From: a virus
Taxonomy: Duplodnaviria > Caudoviricetes
Virus record (IMG/VR): IMGVR_UViG_3300020411_002190
Coordinates: 1-30,846 of that record
Strand: one strand, 5' to 3'
DNA: 30,846 bases
The stretch's first letter is position 1. Every line of letters begins with the position of its first letter. The notes beneath the pieces were generated by a model, which was not told the origin of the DNA, made no database searches, and was given only the letters and a program-made list of their open reading frames with translations. Both the position numbers and the translations under genes were made by a program. Positions 29,661 through 30,846 of this stretch are shown one piece after another.

Positions 29661-29806
29661 AGCAGGATTCAATCAACCTTTTTCAAAATTATATAGTACG
29701 AAAAAAATTTTGACTTCGATTGGAATTTATAGCTCGCTTCCGTAACACTTTGTAGGTTAGGGTAGTAGTCGATTTTTAATAACAACCCCCCATAATATAA
29801 TAAACT

Positions 29807-29856
29807 GCGATGTTAACGAACGACTGGTAATTACGAATCGTTCGTTATTACATAGC
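29807..29856. repeat. ~50-bp imperfect palindrome
   Basis: Core 29814-29847 TAACGAACGA-CTG-GTAATTAC-GAA-TCGTTCGTTA has two mismatched pairs. It extends through GCGATGT/ACATAGC with a 2-nt bulge. Confidence 0.85.
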
Positions 29857-29857
29857 A

Positions 29858-30736
29858 CTACGAATTACGAATGAAATTGTGATAACTAAACACTCTACGG
29901 TTTATGAGTTTAATTACCTGAGAATTGTCCGATAAAACATAACCTTCAGCATCTATATTCTCTCCATTAAGTGATGCTTTCATCTCTGAACGGTTTGTAT
30001 CACAATTCTCCATAAATTGCTCTTTGATTTGTATCACTAATTGCCAGAATCTTACTAAGTTAGTGTTATCAAACTCTTCTGGCACTATTTCTCTATTAGT
30101 ACGAATATATGAGTTTAATTCTTTCTTCATAGCAGCGACATTTTTCTCGTCTTCGATGAACTCAACTGCACCTGCAATCGTACGGGCAAAGTTTAACATA
30201 AACGCCAAATCTTCAGTGCAATTCTTATTAGTTACTGGAGAATGTACGAACCGCACGTTATTAGTCCCCTGGAGATTACGTGTTAAAGGTGATACTTTCC
30301 ATTCACGAATATCTTTAACATTACCAGTGTAAATTGTGTGAGGTGCTATTATTATATCCTCACGAATTACATCATCAAAAGTATAAGTAACTGTGTTAGG
30401 ATTGTACTCACTATCTCCACCAAACCCAATGAAATCTCCCTGGTAAATGTTACCATCGTTTGGAAGATTACGAAAACAAGTTGTTAATATCTCATGCAAA
30501 TTTCCATCATATAACTTATCAATATCTCCGTATGATTTGCACCTCTTAACTAACTTTTTATTAAACACACTTTTTGTGCCAACGAAAAACAATCCGTCAG
30601 TATCTTGCCCCCAAACTATACTTGGTTTTCCATCAATCTTCGCTGTTAAGTTACTACTATTCTCCAACAAATTGAGGGCACTAAGATCTCCATTAAGGAC
30701 GGTATCTTCAAGGTGTTCAATGTGTAATAGTGGCAT
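29858..30736 (-). CDS. Conserved phage protein (DUF6267-like) with ligase/nucleotidyltransferase-type motifs (292 aa)
   Basis: Probable start MPLLHIEHLED. Motifs TAKIDGKPSIVWG, FFVGTKSVFNKK, IYQGDFI, AEGYVL and VIKLINRRVFS. Confidence 0.7.
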   Translation of the reverse strand: MPLLHIEHLEDTVLNGDLSALNLLENSSNLTAKIDGKPSIVWGQDTDGLFFVGTKSVFNKKLVKRCKSYGDIDKLYDGNLHEILTTCFRNLPNDGNIYQGDFIGFGGDSEYNPNTVTYTFDDVIREDIIIAPHTIYTGNVKDIREWKVSPLTRNLQGTNNVRFVHSPVTNKNCTEDLAFMLNFARTIAGAVEFIEDEKNVAAMKKELNSYIRTNREIVPEEFDNTNLVRFWQLVIQIKEQFMENCDTNRSEMKASLNGENIDAEGYVLSDNSQVIKLINRRVFSYHNFIRNS

Positions 30737-30846
30737 AATTAACGAAAATAAAGTAATAGGAATAGTGGTTAGAATTGGGGGCATAGATTGTTACTTAGTA
30801 GGATAATAGTAATCCTGACTATAAAGATACGAAACAGAATAGTCAT

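Noticed and set aside
30737-30784. 16-aa hydrophobic N-terminal extension of the 308-aa ORF (possible signal peptide)
   Set aside because: The family-like motif HIEHLED follows the second Met directly, so the extension is probably untranslated. Not fully excluded.
552-30806. All plus-strand ORFs in the track (e.g. 786-1208, 20727-21110, 30447-30806)
   Set aside because: Antisense shadows of long minus-strand genes, with biased Ser/Thr/Pro/Ile composition, no motifs and no supporting expression signals.
30796-30821. Short hairpin TAGT-AGGAT...ATCCT-G-ACTA upstream of the ligase-like gene
   Set aside because: Weak bulged stem at the window edge, with too little context to call.

Overview
AT-rich segment of a T4-like cyanobacterial myovirus (Kyanoviridae-type; the low GC suggests a Prochlorococcus host, which is inference). 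All credible genes are on the minus strand. In transcription order (high to low coordinates): a 292-aa protein with ligase/nucleotidyltransferase-like motifs, in a stretch enriched for a strand-polarised ACGAA motif; a ~50-bp palindrome; an AbrB-like gene and a small partner; a perfect sigma70 promoter driving a GT-A glycosyltransferase-like gene, an acidic protein, a membrane protein and a 48-aa basic protein missing from the ORF track; a terminator; then the late structural block. That block is gp25, gp6, a 4615-aa gp7-like baseplate protein, gp8, a 2380-aa DUF4815/VrlC-like virion protein, three small genes, a 534-aa fibre, a coiled-coil protein and the 5' end of gp13, with T4-type TATAAATA late promoters. 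The main oddities are the ligase-like gene with its motif array and palindrome, multi-level nested domain insertions in gp7, and the early glycosyltransferase operon. No database searches were run; family calls come from motif recognition and synteny.
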